64,000 nt of DNA from a virus. Of this stretch, positions 37,537 through 47,865 are shown piece by piece. Made by a program: the position numbers and the translations under genes. The notes beneath the pieces are model-generated. The model ran no database searches and was not told the DNA's origin. It saw only the letters and a list, made by a program, of their open reading frames with translations. The DNA lies in the IMG/VR virus record IMGVR_UViG_3300024983_000001, positions 72,745-136,744 of that record; one strand, given 5' to 3'. The first letter of the stretch is position 1. Each line of letters begins with the position of its first letter.

Positions 37537-37764
37537 TTAGGACAACAACACCACACGCCGAACATCAGCGTCTTCGTCAGAGTCGTTGTCATCGGCAACT
37601 TTATCCATGTTGTGATAATCGGAGTAGGTCACTTCTTTCATGCGTACCTTCTCCACATCTTCAGCAACGGTTGTCTTCCAATAATCACCGTAGTTGTAAG
37701 CAAACTTGACTTCCATTTCAGGGTTGAAGTGCTGCAGTTGTTCAATCAGTTGTGCAACTTTCAT
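37537..37764 (-). CDS. Early hypothetical protein
   Basis: AAGGAG SD; MKVAQLIEQL. Confidence 0.7.
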   Translation of the reverse strand: MKVAQLIEQLQHFNPEMEVKFAYNYGDYWKTTVAEDVEKVRMKEVTYSDYHNMDKVADDNDSDEDADVRRVVLLS

Positions 37765-37817
37765 TTGTTCGCTCCTTGTTTAACTGAAGGCCACTATATC
37801 GTAGTTGGGGTCAAAAG

Positions 37818-38012
37818 TCAACGACTGTCTTTATGGCAAGGGCACTCGGGATCTTTGATCTCTTGCATCTCTTCCCACCAACCAGCATCACTCATGCCAC
37901 CGAAGGTGAAATACTCTTGTTGCTGACCACACTTGAGGCAGAAGCGCCGAAAAGGATTCCGTTCATCCCTCCGGTACTTGGATTTGAACAAATTCAAAAG
38001 CCAGTCAATCAT
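37818..38012 (-). CDS. Small Zn-binding protein
   Basis: CLKC, CPCH. Confidence 0.6.
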   Translation of the reverse strand: MIDWLLNLFKSKYRRDERNPFRRFCLKCGQQQEYFTFGGMSDAGWWEEMQEIKDPECPCHKDSR

Positions 38013-38428
38013 TTTGACTTCCGTACATCTTTGGTTTGAGCAGCAAGAAGCACTGCAAGCAGATTAGATCGTGCTTCACACGCTTCGAGAAGCTCTTTGG
38101 CTTCATCATCATCGACAAATTCATCTGCAGCGGCGAATCGGTCAGCGTTGTTGACTTCAATCAACTCGTTAATGATTTCGTCGAGCTGTGTGCTCGTGAG
38201 ATTCACCGTAATGAGATCATCTTCAGGCTCATTGAGCAGCCCAAAGTATTCGGCCGCAGCATATGCTGCATCTTCGGGCAGCTCATACATAAGACCATCC
38301 CCACCATGGTTGATAGCGTCTTCGTCAGCATCAGTATCCACAAAAAACCAACCTTCGTTGAGATCCTTGCTGGTTACGATGATATGGTTGCGGTCGAGCG
38401 CTTCAAAAATATCAACTGCTTTGGTCAT
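38009..38428 (-). CDS. Early acidic protein
   Basis: ORF track. Confidence 0.65.
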   Translation of the reverse strand: MTKAVDIFEALDRNHIIVTSKDLNEGWFFVDTDADEDAINHGGDGLMYELPEDAAYAAAEYFGLLNEPEDDLITVNLTSTQLDEIINELIEVNNADRFAAADEFVDDDEAKELLEACEARSNLLAVLLAAQTKDVRKSK

Positions 38429-38679
38429 TTGGTTTCCTTTGGAAGGCGGTTATAATCAAAACAAAATCGTTTGAATGCCAGGTAACCCTCGATGAAGTTA
38501 CGGCGATATTCCTTTTGGTGCACATACATCTTGCGCCCATTAGGTTGTACAAAGAAGCATTTGCGGTAGATTCTCATCGTTTGTTCCGCGAACGTCAACG
38601 CTCCTTCAAGCCCATCACGATTGAACACAAATTCCAATCGAGCTTGTTCGACACCATAACGGTTGGGCAGAGTAGTCAT
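38425..38679 (-). CDS. Early hypothetical protein
   Basis: AGGAG SD; RDG..A..FA..T..YR. Confidence 0.7.
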   Translation of the reverse strand: MTTLPNRYGVEQARLEFVFNRDGLEGALTFAEQTMRIYRKCFFVQPNGRKMYVHQKEYRRNFIEGYLAFKRFCFDYNRLPKETK

Positions 38680-38735
38680 CTATTTCTCCTAATTCAGAAA
38701 TCACATCATACATTAAATTGGGGAAAAGTCAACAA

Positions 38736-38987
38736 CTACAGGATCCTGTCCAACATTTTAATGCGAGGAGGTGCATCATGCTGCGATTGGCACGAGACAC
38801 AATACTCACACTTCATCTGTTTGTTGATGGCGAATTGCCGCCTGGCTTCCGGAATTTCATCTCCGCACGCTCGGCAATGTGTCAGCACCTGGCCGATCAA
38901 CATTGCTTGTGAAGCACGAACACCATTTTCCGCAAAGATGAGCGCGTGCTCACTCTCTGCATCCGGATTACCAATATATCCACTCAT
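38736..38987 (-). CDS. DksA/TraR C4 zinc-finger protein
   Basis: THCRACGDEIPEARR..CEYCVSCQ. Confidence 0.85.
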   Translation of the reverse strand: MSGYIGNPDAESEHALIFAENGVRASQAMLIGQVLTHCRACGDEIPEARRQFAINKQMKCEYCVSCQSQHDAPPRIKMLDRIL

Positions 38988-39043
38988 GTTTCAGTCACAC
39001 CAAAATTACAGGAACCTCATTCTAACAGATGACTGTTACAAAG

Positions 39044-39376
39044 TCAACTGTAGCCACCCCCATTACCAGGCAAGCCCCAGTTGGATCGCTTCATCGTCGC
39101 ATTGATACGCGTCTGCGCCTGCTCAATAATTGGCGATTTGTTTTCAGCAGGTTTCGGCTCAGCTTCGACCATATAGAACGCGTCGCGAGCAACGGACAGA
39201 GTGTCAAGAGCCGATTGAAGCGAATTCATCCAATCACGCTCGCCATCGCAGCAATCATCGCCGTGTTGTTTGCTTTGAGAAGCGATATGTCGCTTCAGAT
39301 GGTTGATTTGACGATACAGCTCACCAGTTGTATCTTCGAGTTGCGTCAGGGATAGGAACACAGGCACTTTATACAT
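39044..39376 (-). CDS. Early hypothetical protein
   Basis: MYKVPV start. Confidence 0.55.
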   Translation of the reverse strand: MYKVPVFLSLTQLEDTTGELYRQINHLKRHIASQSKQHGDDCCDGERDWMNSLQSALDTLSVARDAFYMVEAEPKPAENKSPIIEQAQTRINATMKRSNWGLPGNGGGYS

Positions 39377-39550
39377 TTTAGTGCACCGACATCGTATCGT
39401 TATCGATGTAGAACGCTTTATCACTCGGTTCCGCTAAAGTTACCACATCACTGTTTGATTGTCCTGTGTGGACATATACCACACTCGGGATTTGATAGAT
39501 ATCATCCATTCCCATCATTTGAAACAGGTCGTCTGTCGAATCGTCACGCA

Positions 39551-39841
39551 TTATAACACCTCCACTTTGGATTGATGAACCACAAATGTGTAGAGCATCC
39601 GTTGTTTTGGATTGCCCGATTTGAAACCAATGAAACCATTTTCGAGAAAGTCTTTTTCGATTACGTTCAACTGGCATGCTTGGTTGTGACATTTTACAGC
39701 ATCGAAAGCAATGTCTTCTACCATAAACAATTGATCCATCGAAGCCTCGAAGGGGGTGGATTTGCAGAACATTCCGTTCGCTGTCTCCACCAAGGTGAGA
39801 AGGAACCCTTTGGTTCCTGCTTTAACACTGAATGCACGCAT
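39551..39841 (-). CDS. Early hypothetical protein
   Basis: MRAFSVK start after promoter. Confidence 0.6.
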   Translation of the reverse strand: MRAFSVKAGTKGFLLTLVETANGMFCKSTPFEASMDQLFMVEDIAFDAVKCHNQACQLNVIEKDFLENGFIGFKSGNPKQRMLYTFVVHQSKVEVL

Positions 39842-39902
39842 CTTGTTTCCGGTATTCGTTGTTGACAATGCTTATTATACCCAAAAGAGAACGAAGGTCA
39901 AC

Positions 39903-39930
39903 AAAAAAGCCGACATGATGTCGGCTTTTT
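39903..39930. terminator. Intrinsic terminator
   Basis: AAAAAAGCCGACA-TGA-TGTCGGCTTTTT. Confidence 0.8.
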
Positions 39931-39948
39931 AACCAGGCGAGGAACGAA

Positions 39949-40227
39949 TTACATCCGTTTACCTTTGGGCTCTGCAACCACATAGTCGGGTAGTGCATCG
40001 AGCATGTTCTTCGAACGAGTCGTCAGCGCACCAGATTTGGCCATTTCGCGAATTTCACGGTTCAGGCGCAGAATTGCCACACGGGCACCCTTGCGGGATT
40101 TGTACAGCTTGGCATCTTCGGTGAAGCTGGTCACTTCCGACGGGCTGGTACCAGCCATCAGGTTGCCGTGAACGGTCTTACCGTTGATTTTGAACTGCTT
40201 CGAATTTGCATTCTTGATAACAAACAT
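39949..40227 (-). CDS. Early basic protein
   Basis: AAGGAG SD. Confidence 0.7.
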   Translation of the reverse strand: MFVIKNANSKQFKINGKTVHGNLMAGTSPSEVTSFTEDAKLYKSRKGARVAILRLNREIREMAKSGALTTRSKNMLDALPDYVVAEPKGKRM

Positions 40228-40295
40228 GTTGATTCTCCTTACAAAGTTTAACTACGGAAAAAAACATCTCACTACAAAAAACATTATACCCAATT

Positions 40296-40652
40296 TTAAG
40301 TCAATGTCAACCCTGTTGCAGCAAAAAACATCTTCTTGTTACGCACAGCTTGTTCATATACAGCATCTTCAAGTGCTGTTGACAACTGTAACTCGTCCGT
40401 TGCTTCAATCGGTAAAGACCAAATCAACATAGAGAAGTCCTCGTCTGTAATCACTTCGGACTCACGAATCGGATTGTTGACGTAGTTGAGGTAAACACCC
40501 CCACTCGGTTCCGCTCCAAAGACAAGCAGTTTGATACCAACTTGCCCAGGAAGCGTTCCCCACAATTCGATGTCAACATGAACCGAATCTGTTCGAAGAG
40601 TGTTCCGCTTGATACGGATCTTACTCTTCTTCGTGTTGACAACAGTTTTCAT
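40296..40652 (-). CDS. Early hypothetical protein
   Basis: Start follows upstream stop. Confidence 0.6.
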   Translation of the reverse strand: MKTVVNTKKSKIRIKRNTLRTDSVHVDIELWGTLPGQVGIKLLVFGAEPSGGVYLNYVNNPIRESEVITDEDFSMLIWSLPIEATDELQLSTALEDAVYEQAVRNKKMFFAATGLTLT

Positions 40653-40653
40653 G

Positions 40654-41064
40654 TTACCGCGTAAAAGCGTACACAACCAAACCAGTCAGGACAACGCATC
40701 CGACCATGAAAAACTTTGCGAGTTCTTTGTACTTCTTTTTGCTGGCGGTTTGCAAGCGAAGATCCCACATCGTTTTGAAAATCATGCCTTCGTACATCAT
40801 CATCACAGTACCAGGATCTTGCGTGGCACGTTCCAGTTGTGCAAACTGGGTACAAAGTTCCGTTGCCATGTTGTATTTTTCAGGCAAGTTGTGGTCATCT
40901 TTGAGATCGAGCTCTTTGAGAGTACCAACATTGCCATCATAATGATCCATCGAAGCAGCGATCTGCAACAAGCGGTTGACATTTGGATAGACATAGTCTC
41001 CATCCAGACGATCACCGTTGTCATCTTCGTAGTCTTCGTCGTAATTTTCGTCAGCGTAGCTCAT
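40654..41064 (-). CDS. Acidic protein with C-terminal TM anchor
   Basis: AAGGA SD. Confidence 0.7.
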   Translation of the reverse strand: MSYADENYDEDYEDDNGDRLDGDYVYPNVNRLLQIAASMDHYDGNVGTLKELDLKDDHNLPEKYNMATELCTQFAQLERATQDPGTVMMMYEGMIFKTMWDLRLQTASKKKYKELAKFFMVGCVVLTGLVVYAFTR

Positions 41065-41117
41065 GTATATTTCCTTTTAACCGTTTGAAATGGGTGGGAT
41101 TTCTCCCACCCAACTAA

Positions 41118-42212
41118 TCAGCTCAACTTGCCGAAAAACGCAACTTCAGGGTCACTGAAAGACGACACAATCGGCGCATTTACATCGGTGCGATTCAGAC
41201 GCGCATTACGCTTGTCACCATCAAACACCAGCGAATTGGCCATCTTTTGAAGCGCAGTATTGCTGGACGTTGCGACTTCTTTGGTGTGAGAGAACATCTC
41301 AGTCACCAGATTCCACGCGTCAAACAAGCTCAGGTGACCTGCGAGTTGAGCACCCAGATTTTTGTCTTCAAACGCACTCGCTTTGTAGTGGTTGTGAAGA
41401 TGAATCTCCGGATTCGCGATATTGTTGATATTGCGCAGCGTTTTGCGAGTTTCCTCGAGTTTATCGAGAGAACCGAAGTCAACAACATCCAGCTCAAGCA
41501 GACGGTTTTCTGCGTGGTTTGCAACCAGTTGCAGTTCCGCAACACTTGCGTGTTCACGACCCATCTGGCGAAGACGCGCAGAAACAGTAGCGTTCACTTT
41601 GTTCTGGATTTGACGCGAAGCGATTTCCAAGTGCTCTTCCCAACGGTTAACGACGGGGATACGCGCGTTGAAGATATCGTTCGAACCAACCATACCATTC
41701 GTGCAAATCAAGCGAACCAGCTCAAAAACACCACGTACGTACTGATGGTAGGGATTCCAGTCATAGTGCAGGTTAGACGTGAATGCGCCACCTTCTTGGT
41801 AACCTTCAACCTGAATGTCCTGCTGATTCCAGCGATTCGACAGGATGATTCCGCCAGGAGTAGTGGTCGAACCGAAACGACGTTTGGTCGATTCGTGAAC
41901 ACCGATGTTTTCCATCAGCGCATCAATGTTGGCATCAGAGTGAACGAAGCCGTTGTATTGAGCGTCACGGAAGTCGATCAGCTGTTCGTTGATGAAGAAG
42001 AAACTACCGCCGTTCAGACGAGCCTGCAGATCTGCGGGAGACATCGTCTCAAGTGCCTTGGACACACGCGAGTTCTTGTCGAAGGTGTGTTGATGATCAC
42101 CAACAAACACGCGAGCTTGATGATGAACACGACGCTTGGAATCGGTCGTTTCGACCACTTCCAGTTTGACTTTGGCGTCACGAATCATGTCATACTTAAA
42201 TTCTTTTTCCAT
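41118..42212 (-). CDS. DUF932-like protein
   Basis: LVRLICTNGMV and SLFDAWNLVTE motifs. Confidence 0.65.
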   Translation of the reverse strand: MEKEFKYDMIRDAKVKLEVVETTDSKRRVHHQARVFVGDHQHTFDKNSRVSKALETMSPADLQARLNGGSFFFINEQLIDFRDAQYNGFVHSDANIDALMENIGVHESTKRRFGSTTTPGGIILSNRWNQQDIQVEGYQEGGAFTSNLHYDWNPYHQYVRGVFELVRLICTNGMVGSNDIFNARIPVVNRWEEHLEIASRQIQNKVNATVSARLRQMGREHASVAELQLVANHAENRLLELDVVDFGSLDKLEETRKTLRNINNIANPEIHLHNHYKASAFEDKNLGAQLAGHLSLFDAWNLVTEMFSHTKEVATSSNTALQKMANSLVFDGDKRNARLNRTDVNAPIVSSFSDPEVAFFGKLS

Positions 42213-42362
42213 TTTGCTTTCCTTTAATTGAGTAGATGAAGTATTGTCTGACTTTTAGGTAATAAGGTCAACAACTTTTTGCAAATGTTTGGTTGTTTAC
42301 TTGTGTACCGTTTTGCCCGACAACAGAGATCATTATACGCAGTTAGGGTAAAAGGTCAACAG

Positions 42363-42590
42363 TTAAATTTGAAATGTGGCGCGAATTTCTTCTTCGCCCA
42401 TTTCACCCAAACGGTCACCGAGCCATTCGTACGGATCGCCAGTTCGGGCCTTTGCCGTGCCATAAGGCATTTCGTCACAAAAGTGCTCGAACACTTTGCT
42501 ATACAAGTCAGCAGAAAGGTCTGCATTATCTTCAGCAAAGGCGATAAGTTGATCAACTTCAATCGGTTGCAGCTGGTTGTTATACTTCAT
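42363..42590 (-). CDS. Early acidic protein
   Basis: EMPYGTAKARTGDP. Confidence 0.7.
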   Translation of the reverse strand: MKYNNQLQPIEVDQLIAFAEDNADLSADLYSKVFEHFCDEMPYGTAKARTGDPYEWLGDRLGEMGEEEIRATFQI

Positions 42591-42645
42591 GTTTAATCCT
42601 TTATTTATACGAGAAAATGCATGATCTACCAATTGGGTCAAAGAG

Positions 42646-42873
42646 TCAACAGTAGGTTTCTTTTAATGCAGGATCACTCTCTACTACATATCTTGTGATC
42701 ATTGCAACCAGCTGTTCGGCACGGTCGTCACAAGCACCTTTCAAACCAACCGATGCCATTCCTTGACGGATATCAAAGAATGCGTCGTTGATTACGTCGC
42801 CGATGTGTTTATCAGTCTCACGTAAAGTCTCATAAACATCGTGCCATTTTTTGTCAGCTGGTGTAAGGCTCAT
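42646..42873 (-). CDS. Early hypothetical protein
   Basis: GAGGG SD. Confidence 0.65.
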   Translation of the reverse strand: MSLTPADKKWHDVYETLRETDKHIGDVINDAFFDIRQGMASVGLKGACDDRAEQLVAMITRYVVESDPALKETYC

Positions 42874-42908
42874 TTTGTGTACCCTCTTTTGTTGTTGGTG
42901 TCAACAAA

Positions 42909-44093
42909 TTAAATCATGTCGTGAATCATTGCATCATCAACAAAACTGTTGTCAGTATCGTTAAAACGTGCACGCAATTTCTTCATCCACCGTTGTTCAA
43001 TCAGCGTCAAGACTTCGCTGGAAGCCGCATGTTTCTTGGCTTCTTCAACAGTCATCATCGACACGTTGACAGATTCGGTGTCTTTGTAAATCTTTTCTTG
43101 CTTCAACGAATCCTTACGGAAAATTCCCTTCGAAGTCAAGTATTTCAACAGACGACGAACAGATTCTTCTTGTTGCATCGTTTTTGCTTGCTTAGTCAAG
43201 CCCAAAAGCCACGCGAGTGTTTGGGTAAACGTCATGCCGATGTCAAAAGTAGCCTTGATTTCTTTGGGCAATTTCGGCAAGTTGACAGTTTTGAGCTGAA
43301 TCATCAGTTTCGGTAGTTGAAGTGGCTGAATCACCTCATAACCAAACGCATCCGCCAGTTCATTTCCCGCAGCGAGTGCGAAGTTCAGCGTCACACCCAT
43401 AATGCGATCAACTTCGGCAAAGTTCGACGACAGACCAGTGTTTTCATCTGCCGCATCTTTCTTGGTCGAACCACCCATTTTTGAGCCGAGATTCTTCCAG
43501 ATCGGCGCGGTGATTGCAAACTCACCGTTTGATGCAGTATATGCAATACAAATTCGGCTTTCGGTCAACGGCGCAGTAAATGCGACATAATTCAGGTGAA
43601 TTGCATCAACGGTAACAGCACGAAACTTGCCGGTCGGATCAAGCTTTTCGCCCGCAGTAATTGCGGTTTGAGCGTCCGTTTGCTTGAAACCGTAAATGTA
43701 TGAACCATCAAAATACCACTGTTTGTTGGTATTTTCCACTTGACTTTTGAGAATGGTTTGCATGTTGCGTTCCATCGTGACAAGCCATTCACGATTGCCA
43801 AACACACCATCAGTAACACGAGTGTTAATGAGCGATTTTTCGATGGCGATCACTTTGCCATCATACTTCATCAACGCACCTTCATGCGGCTTCATAAACC
43901 GCGACATTTTGTATTTCACTTGAAACATGCGAGCGATTGCCATCGGAATGTCAACACGCTTGAACACTTCTTTGCCTTTGATTTGACTGGCTTCTTCATC
44001 AAGAAGAGTAAGGCTGCCACCAAGAGCAGTCGAAACTGCTTTGATTTTGACACGCTCAAACGTGATGAGAGAAGAATCGAATTTGTTCAACAT
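42909..44093 (-). CDS. Large early hypothetical protein
   Basis: 394-aa ORF with its own promoter. Confidence 0.8.
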   Translation of the reverse strand: MLNKFDSSLITFERVKIKAVSTALGGSLTLLDEEASQIKGKEVFKRVDIPMAIARMFQVKYKMSRFMKPHEGALMKYDGKVIAIEKSLINTRVTDGVFGNREWLVTMERNMQTILKSQVENTNKQWYFDGSYIYGFKQTDAQTAITAGEKLDPTGKFRAVTVDAIHLNYVAFTAPLTESRICIAYTASNGEFAITAPIWKNLGSKMGGSTKKDAADENTGLSSNFAEVDRIMGVTLNFALAAGNELADAFGYEVIQPLQLPKLMIQLKTVNLPKLPKEIKATFDIGMTFTQTLAWLLGLTKQAKTMQQEESVRRLLKYLTSKGIFRKDSLKQEKIYKDTESVNVSMMTVEEAKKHAASSEVLTLIEQRWMKKLRARFNDTDNSFVDDAMIHDMI

Positions 44094-44157
44094 TTATTTG
44101 TTCCCGTTCGTTAACTGATGAAGATCATTATACAGATATTAGGGTCAAAGTCAACAG

Positions 44158-44490
44158 TTATTTGGGTTCAATTTCCACGAAAGTGAACACATCGTCGATG
44201 TAATCTTCGTCGCTGATTACTGCAAAAAACGTTTCATTATCAGCATCACAATAAAAGCGAGACATTTCGTTGTCGTCGATGATTTGTGCCAAATTGTCCA
44301 CGTCGTCACGAACAGTAACTTGATCAGCACCAACAAAGGCACTGTCGTCAACATAATTGACAACGAATCGTGTGAGCGAATCTTTCACACTGTCATCTTC
44401 GTCAACAATAACAATGCCGATGTAACCAATGCAGAGGCTATCCCAAGGACCAATGTTGGAAAATGCAGCGAATGCGCGTTGTTTAAACAT
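44158..44490 (-). CDS. Early acidic protein
   Basis: Own promoter. Confidence 0.65.
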   Translation of the reverse strand: MFKQRAFAAFSNIGPWDSLCIGYIGIVIVDEDDSVKDSLTRFVVNYVDDSAFVGADQVTVRDDVDNLAQIIDDNEMSRFYCDADNETFFAVISDEDYIDDVFTFVEIEPK

Positions 44491-44565
44491 GGTAGTTCCT
44501 TAAAGTTGTTTGCATGTAGTAATCATACTACAATTAGGGTAAAAGTCAACGGTTTGGTAAAACCA

Positions 44566-44853
44566 TTAGGACCTGTCCCGGTAGTCGTAATAGACCGCGA
44601 ATGTGGTGGCGTCCTTTTTCAAACAGGTGGATTGCCCAACCCACCCTTTACGGCGAGGTCCACGGTACACCACACGGACACGCATCCCTGAGTTTAAGCA
44701 TTGGTTGGCCCGATGGATGATATTCAGATTTTCTTCAGTAACCGGAATACCTTTTGCAATGGCATTCTCAGTAGGTGGGGCTTTGTGTTTGGCAAGCAGA
44801 ATTAGCGTTTCGGGCGCTTCTTCCCACAAATCATGCAGATCGTTGACGTACAT
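44566..44853 (-). CDS. Early hypothetical protein
   Basis: YRGPR..CLKKDATTFAVY. Confidence 0.65.
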   Translation of the reverse strand: MYVNDLHDLWEEAPETLILLAKHKAPPTENAIAKGIPVTEENLNIIHRANQCLNSGMRVRVVYRGPRRKGWVGQSTCLKKDATTFAVYYDYRDRS

Positions 44854-44854
44854 G

Positions 44855-45100
44855 TTATTCGTCTTTCATGAAATATTCGCCAATGAGGAATTTGGCTCTA
44901 TTGATGGTCATACGAGCTTCGTCTTCCAAACCTCTCGATAGTTCCTCTTGTGCATCCGAGAGCACACTCAGAATTACCATGGCTGGTCCTGCAGACATGA
45001 AAGTGAACGAATCTTCAACGGACATTTTGAATTCGTTGGGGTTGCACCCATAGCACAACATGTTGAAATCAACAACCTCGTCATCCATTTCTTTCTCCAC
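44855..45100 (-). CDS. Early hypothetical protein
   Basis: LSDAQE..INRAK. Confidence 0.65.
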   Translation of the reverse strand: MEKEMDDEVVDFNMLCYGCNPNEFKMSVEDSFTFMSAGPAMVILSVLSDAQEELSRGLEDEARMTINRAKFLIGEYFMKDE

Positions 45101-45150
45101 GAATTAACTATGGTGCAGCATCACCCCAATTGACGTGAAAGTCAACTGAT

Positions 45151-45417
45151 TTAGTGTAGTACTGGCATATTTCCTTCGGGAGTGATGTGAACAACCCACC
45201 ACTCTCCAAGCATGGGGTTGTTGGTAATCCAAAAACCATCGAACGGTGTTAGCCATTCACGGAACGATTCTTCCGTAGCAGTCAACACCGTTACTTCGCC
45301 TCGAGCCACAAGACTGCCGTTGTCGTCGTAGATAGATTCGGTTCCGAATGAAGTAGCAACCTCCACCGATTCAGGAATCGGGTGCATATCGGGTGTAACC
45401 AACATAATTACATGCAT
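45151..45417 (-). CDS. Early hypothetical protein
   Basis: AAGGA SD. Confidence 0.6.
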   Translation of the reverse strand: MHVIMLVTPDMHPIPESVEVATSFGTESIYDDNGSLVARGEVTVLTATEESFREWLTPFDGFWITNNPMLGEWWVVHITPEGNMPVLH

Positions 45418-45426
45418 GATTTTTCC

Positions 45427-45924
45427 TTACTTGTTAACAAGACCGTTTTTTTCATCTACCATGTGTTGGAAGATGGTATCGAGGAGACTGTGAGATGTTG
45501 GTTCGAGTGCAATACCAGCATACGAATTGATGCGGTCGATATATGCCAGCATTGAGTCGTGACGTTTATCATCACCTTGCGCCCAATCATCATTTTCAGC
45601 AGCTCCGCGGAAAATGGCTTTGTCATCATCGGACATCGTGCCACCATAACACATAATCATTTCGCCGAGCACTTGGATGGCGATCTCTCGGTCAAAATCA
45701 CCAAATACACCATCACCTGCCATCATGTCGGCAAGAATCTTTTTGTACTCACCTTTTTTGAGTTTGTCGGCAACGATGACGTTAAGACGCGCCTCTTCCT
45801 CGTCTGCACTCGAATCATCGTCACATTCGTTGACCTCCACCCCTTCGAGAAGAGCTTCACGAATAACGTATTCGAGATCCATGGGCTCATCGCCCTCCAT
45901 TACACCAGTTCCCCACCAACCCAT
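45427..45924 (-). CDS. Acidic protein with DUF4259-like N-terminus
   Basis: MGWWGTGVMEGDEPMD; AAGGAG SD. Confidence 0.65.
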   Translation of the reverse strand: MGWWGTGVMEGDEPMDLEYVIREALLEGVEVNECDDDSSADEEEARLNVIVADKLKKGEYKKILADMMAGDGVFGDFDREIAIQVLGEMIMCYGGTMSDDDKAIFRGAAENDDWAQGDDKRHDSMLAYIDRINSYAGIALEPTSHSLLDTIFQHMVDEKNGLVNK

Positions 45925-45987
45925 GTCAATCTCCTTTGTTAATCGATGCGGCCACATTACCCCAAAGTGGGGTAAGGGTCAACAGAA

Positions 45988-47142
45988 TTATGCACGCATA
46001 CTGATGATTTCATTTGCAGAACCCATCGTTGCCACCCCAAAACTTGCGGTTTCTTCGGTGGTATAATCGAACTGCTCTTCCAACCACACACCATTTTTGC
46101 GATACACCAGTTTATGCAGTTCGGGCGTACCAACAATCACTGTAGTATCAAGGTTGTAGCCCGACAACGGATTAATCAGTTCCCAAACGCGACAATCTGA
46201 ATCAGGTCGAGCAGCACGTCCGATAACTTGGTTCAATTGAGGATAAGAACCGAATTGACGACCAAGTACCACACTTTCACAATTCGCTACGTCAACACCC
46301 TCGTTGATTTTGTTGCAGTTGACAACGAATTGGTATTTGCCTTGCGAAAAATCGTTGAGAATTCGATCCAATTCACGTTCGGTCTGCCCGAGAATTGCGA
46401 TTGCTGAATAGCCTTTATCACGCAGATATTCAGCGATGATACCAACTTCACGTTTTGTGCGCACAAACACCATCGTTTGACCCATTTGATCTGCGTACGA
46501 ATCAAACATGTCACGCAAAATGCGCGTCTTGTCTTTTTCGGGTGCATCAACAAAGCTGTAAAGCTGCGTAGGTGCGAGATAACCTTCTGCAACCGCTTGT
46601 TCACGCGAAATCGGTGCCACGATTTCTTCGAATTTGATCAGACAGCCATCTGCACGATCGGGGGTTGCGGTGAGACCGATAATCGGCATGTCACCAATCT
46701 GTTCAAGTTGGTATTGAATCGACATCATCGCTTCGTGGTGAGCCTCGTCAATACAGGTAATGTCCCAACCTTCATCCAGCAGTTCTTGCGGGATATCGCT
46801 GAATGCAGATTGAATGATGATATCGACGCCATCAGCGGCAGCATACGTGGCTTCTGCTTGCGACAGAAGGCGGTGTTTGTGCGCAATAAACATCAGACGC
46901 AGATTGCGACCTTTTACACCAAGAGCTTCACGGACTCGCGGCGAATTGAAGATCATACCAGAAGTCAACGTCTTACCAGCACCAGTCGGAAGCACCACGA
47001 GAATGCGCTTCTTGCCATCTTCAAGTGCTTGTTCAACTTGATTTCGTGCGGCAACTTGATACCAACGTACTTGTTTTTCACCATACAGCTCGATTTCATC
47101 AACAGCAACTTCTTGTACGTCGTTTTGAATTTCTTCGTTCAT
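45988..47142 (-). CDS. Superfamily 2 (DEAH) helicase
   Basis: PTGAGKT, DEAHH, LTATP, EGVD, QVIGRAAR. Confidence 0.92.
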   Translation of the reverse strand: MNEEIQNDVQEVAVDEIELYGEKQVRWYQVAARNQVEQALEDGKKRILVVLPTGAGKTLTSGMIFNSPRVREALGVKGRNLRLMFIAHKHRLLSQAEATYAAADGVDIIIQSAFSDIPQELLDEGWDITCIDEAHHEAMMSIQYQLEQIGDMPIIGLTATPDRADGCLIKFEEIVAPISREQAVAEGYLAPTQLYSFVDAPEKDKTRILRDMFDSYADQMGQTMVFVRTKREVGIIAEYLRDKGYSAIAILGQTERELDRILNDFSQGKYQFVVNCNKINEGVDVANCESVVLGRQFGSYPQLNQVIGRAARPDSDCRVWELINPLSGYNLDTTVIVGTPELHKLVYRKNGVWLEEQFDYTTEETASFGVATMGSANEIISMRA

Positions 47143-47176
47143 TTCAATGCTCTCGTGTTGTTAACCAATGAAGATC

Positions 47177-47205
47177 ATTATACAGATATTAGGGTCAAAG
47201 TCAAC
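47177..47205 (-). promoter_or_regulatory. Early promoter (representative, leftward arm)
   Basis: GTTGACT-TTGACCCTAATATCTG-TATAAT; identical copy at ~44127-44155. Confidence 0.8.
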
Positions 47206-47223
47206 AATTTTTCAATTTATTTC

Positions 47224-47433
47224 CTACAACAGCTCTACACGAAACCCATTGCGTTCTGCGAGGTCGTGCCTGTACCGATCAAAATCGACCCAGTTGCCAC
47301 AATTGTCCCGCAGAACCCATCGCCAGGCAACAGGATTGCCGTTGGGTGTCAACCCATCTTCACGAGCCATAACAAACCCATCATCGGTTCGATATTCGTT
47401 ATCTTCAACTATGCATTTGAGTAAGGGATTCAT
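47224..47433 (-). CDS. Early hypothetical protein
   Basis: AAGGA SD. Confidence 0.65.
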   Translation of the reverse strand: MNPLLKCIVEDNEYRTDDGFVMAREDGLTPNGNPVAWRWVLRDNCGNWVDFDRYRHDLAERNGFRVELL

Positions 47434-47442
47434 ACTGTCCTT

Positions 47443-47709
47443 TCAGAAACCAGAATCAAACATATCGTTGACAATCCAGACACGAAGCGTTTCCCATTCA
47501 TTCAGTTCATTTTTGATGGAACGCTTGATGTCATCAGATGCTTTTGATGCTGAACTGGCGCGAATCATGAGATCGTTGATGTGTTCTTCAACAAGGTCCT
47601 TAATTGCGCGAGCGTGTTGTGAAGTGCAATTCAGTTGCACTGTTCTGTTTTCTTTGAGGCTTGAACCTGGCATCAAAATCATTTCTTGCTCCTTTGTAAG
47701 AAATGTCAT
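47443..47709 (-). CDS. Early hypothetical protein
   Basis: Follows promoter. Confidence 0.55.
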   Translation of the reverse strand: MTFLTKEQEMILMPGSSLKENRTVQLNCTSQHARAIKDLVEEHINDLMIRASSASKASDDIKRSIKNELNEWETLRVWIVNDMFDSGF

Positions 47710-47865
47710 TATCCACAATTGGGTCAAAATGTCAACAACTATTATTGCACCCCAATAGTTGTCCCATAGCTCGCCGTGGGGCTTCCCAGCTTTCGCTCTC
47801 TGCAACGTGGTTGGTTACCGTCAAAGTAGGGTCACTATATCACGAGTGACCCTAAATGTCAACGA

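Noticed and set aside
41247-42227. Long plus-strand ORF (likewise 46477..47424 + and 54297..55034 -)
   Set aside because: Antisense shadows of well-supported genes with biased codon usage; no SD or recognisable motifs.
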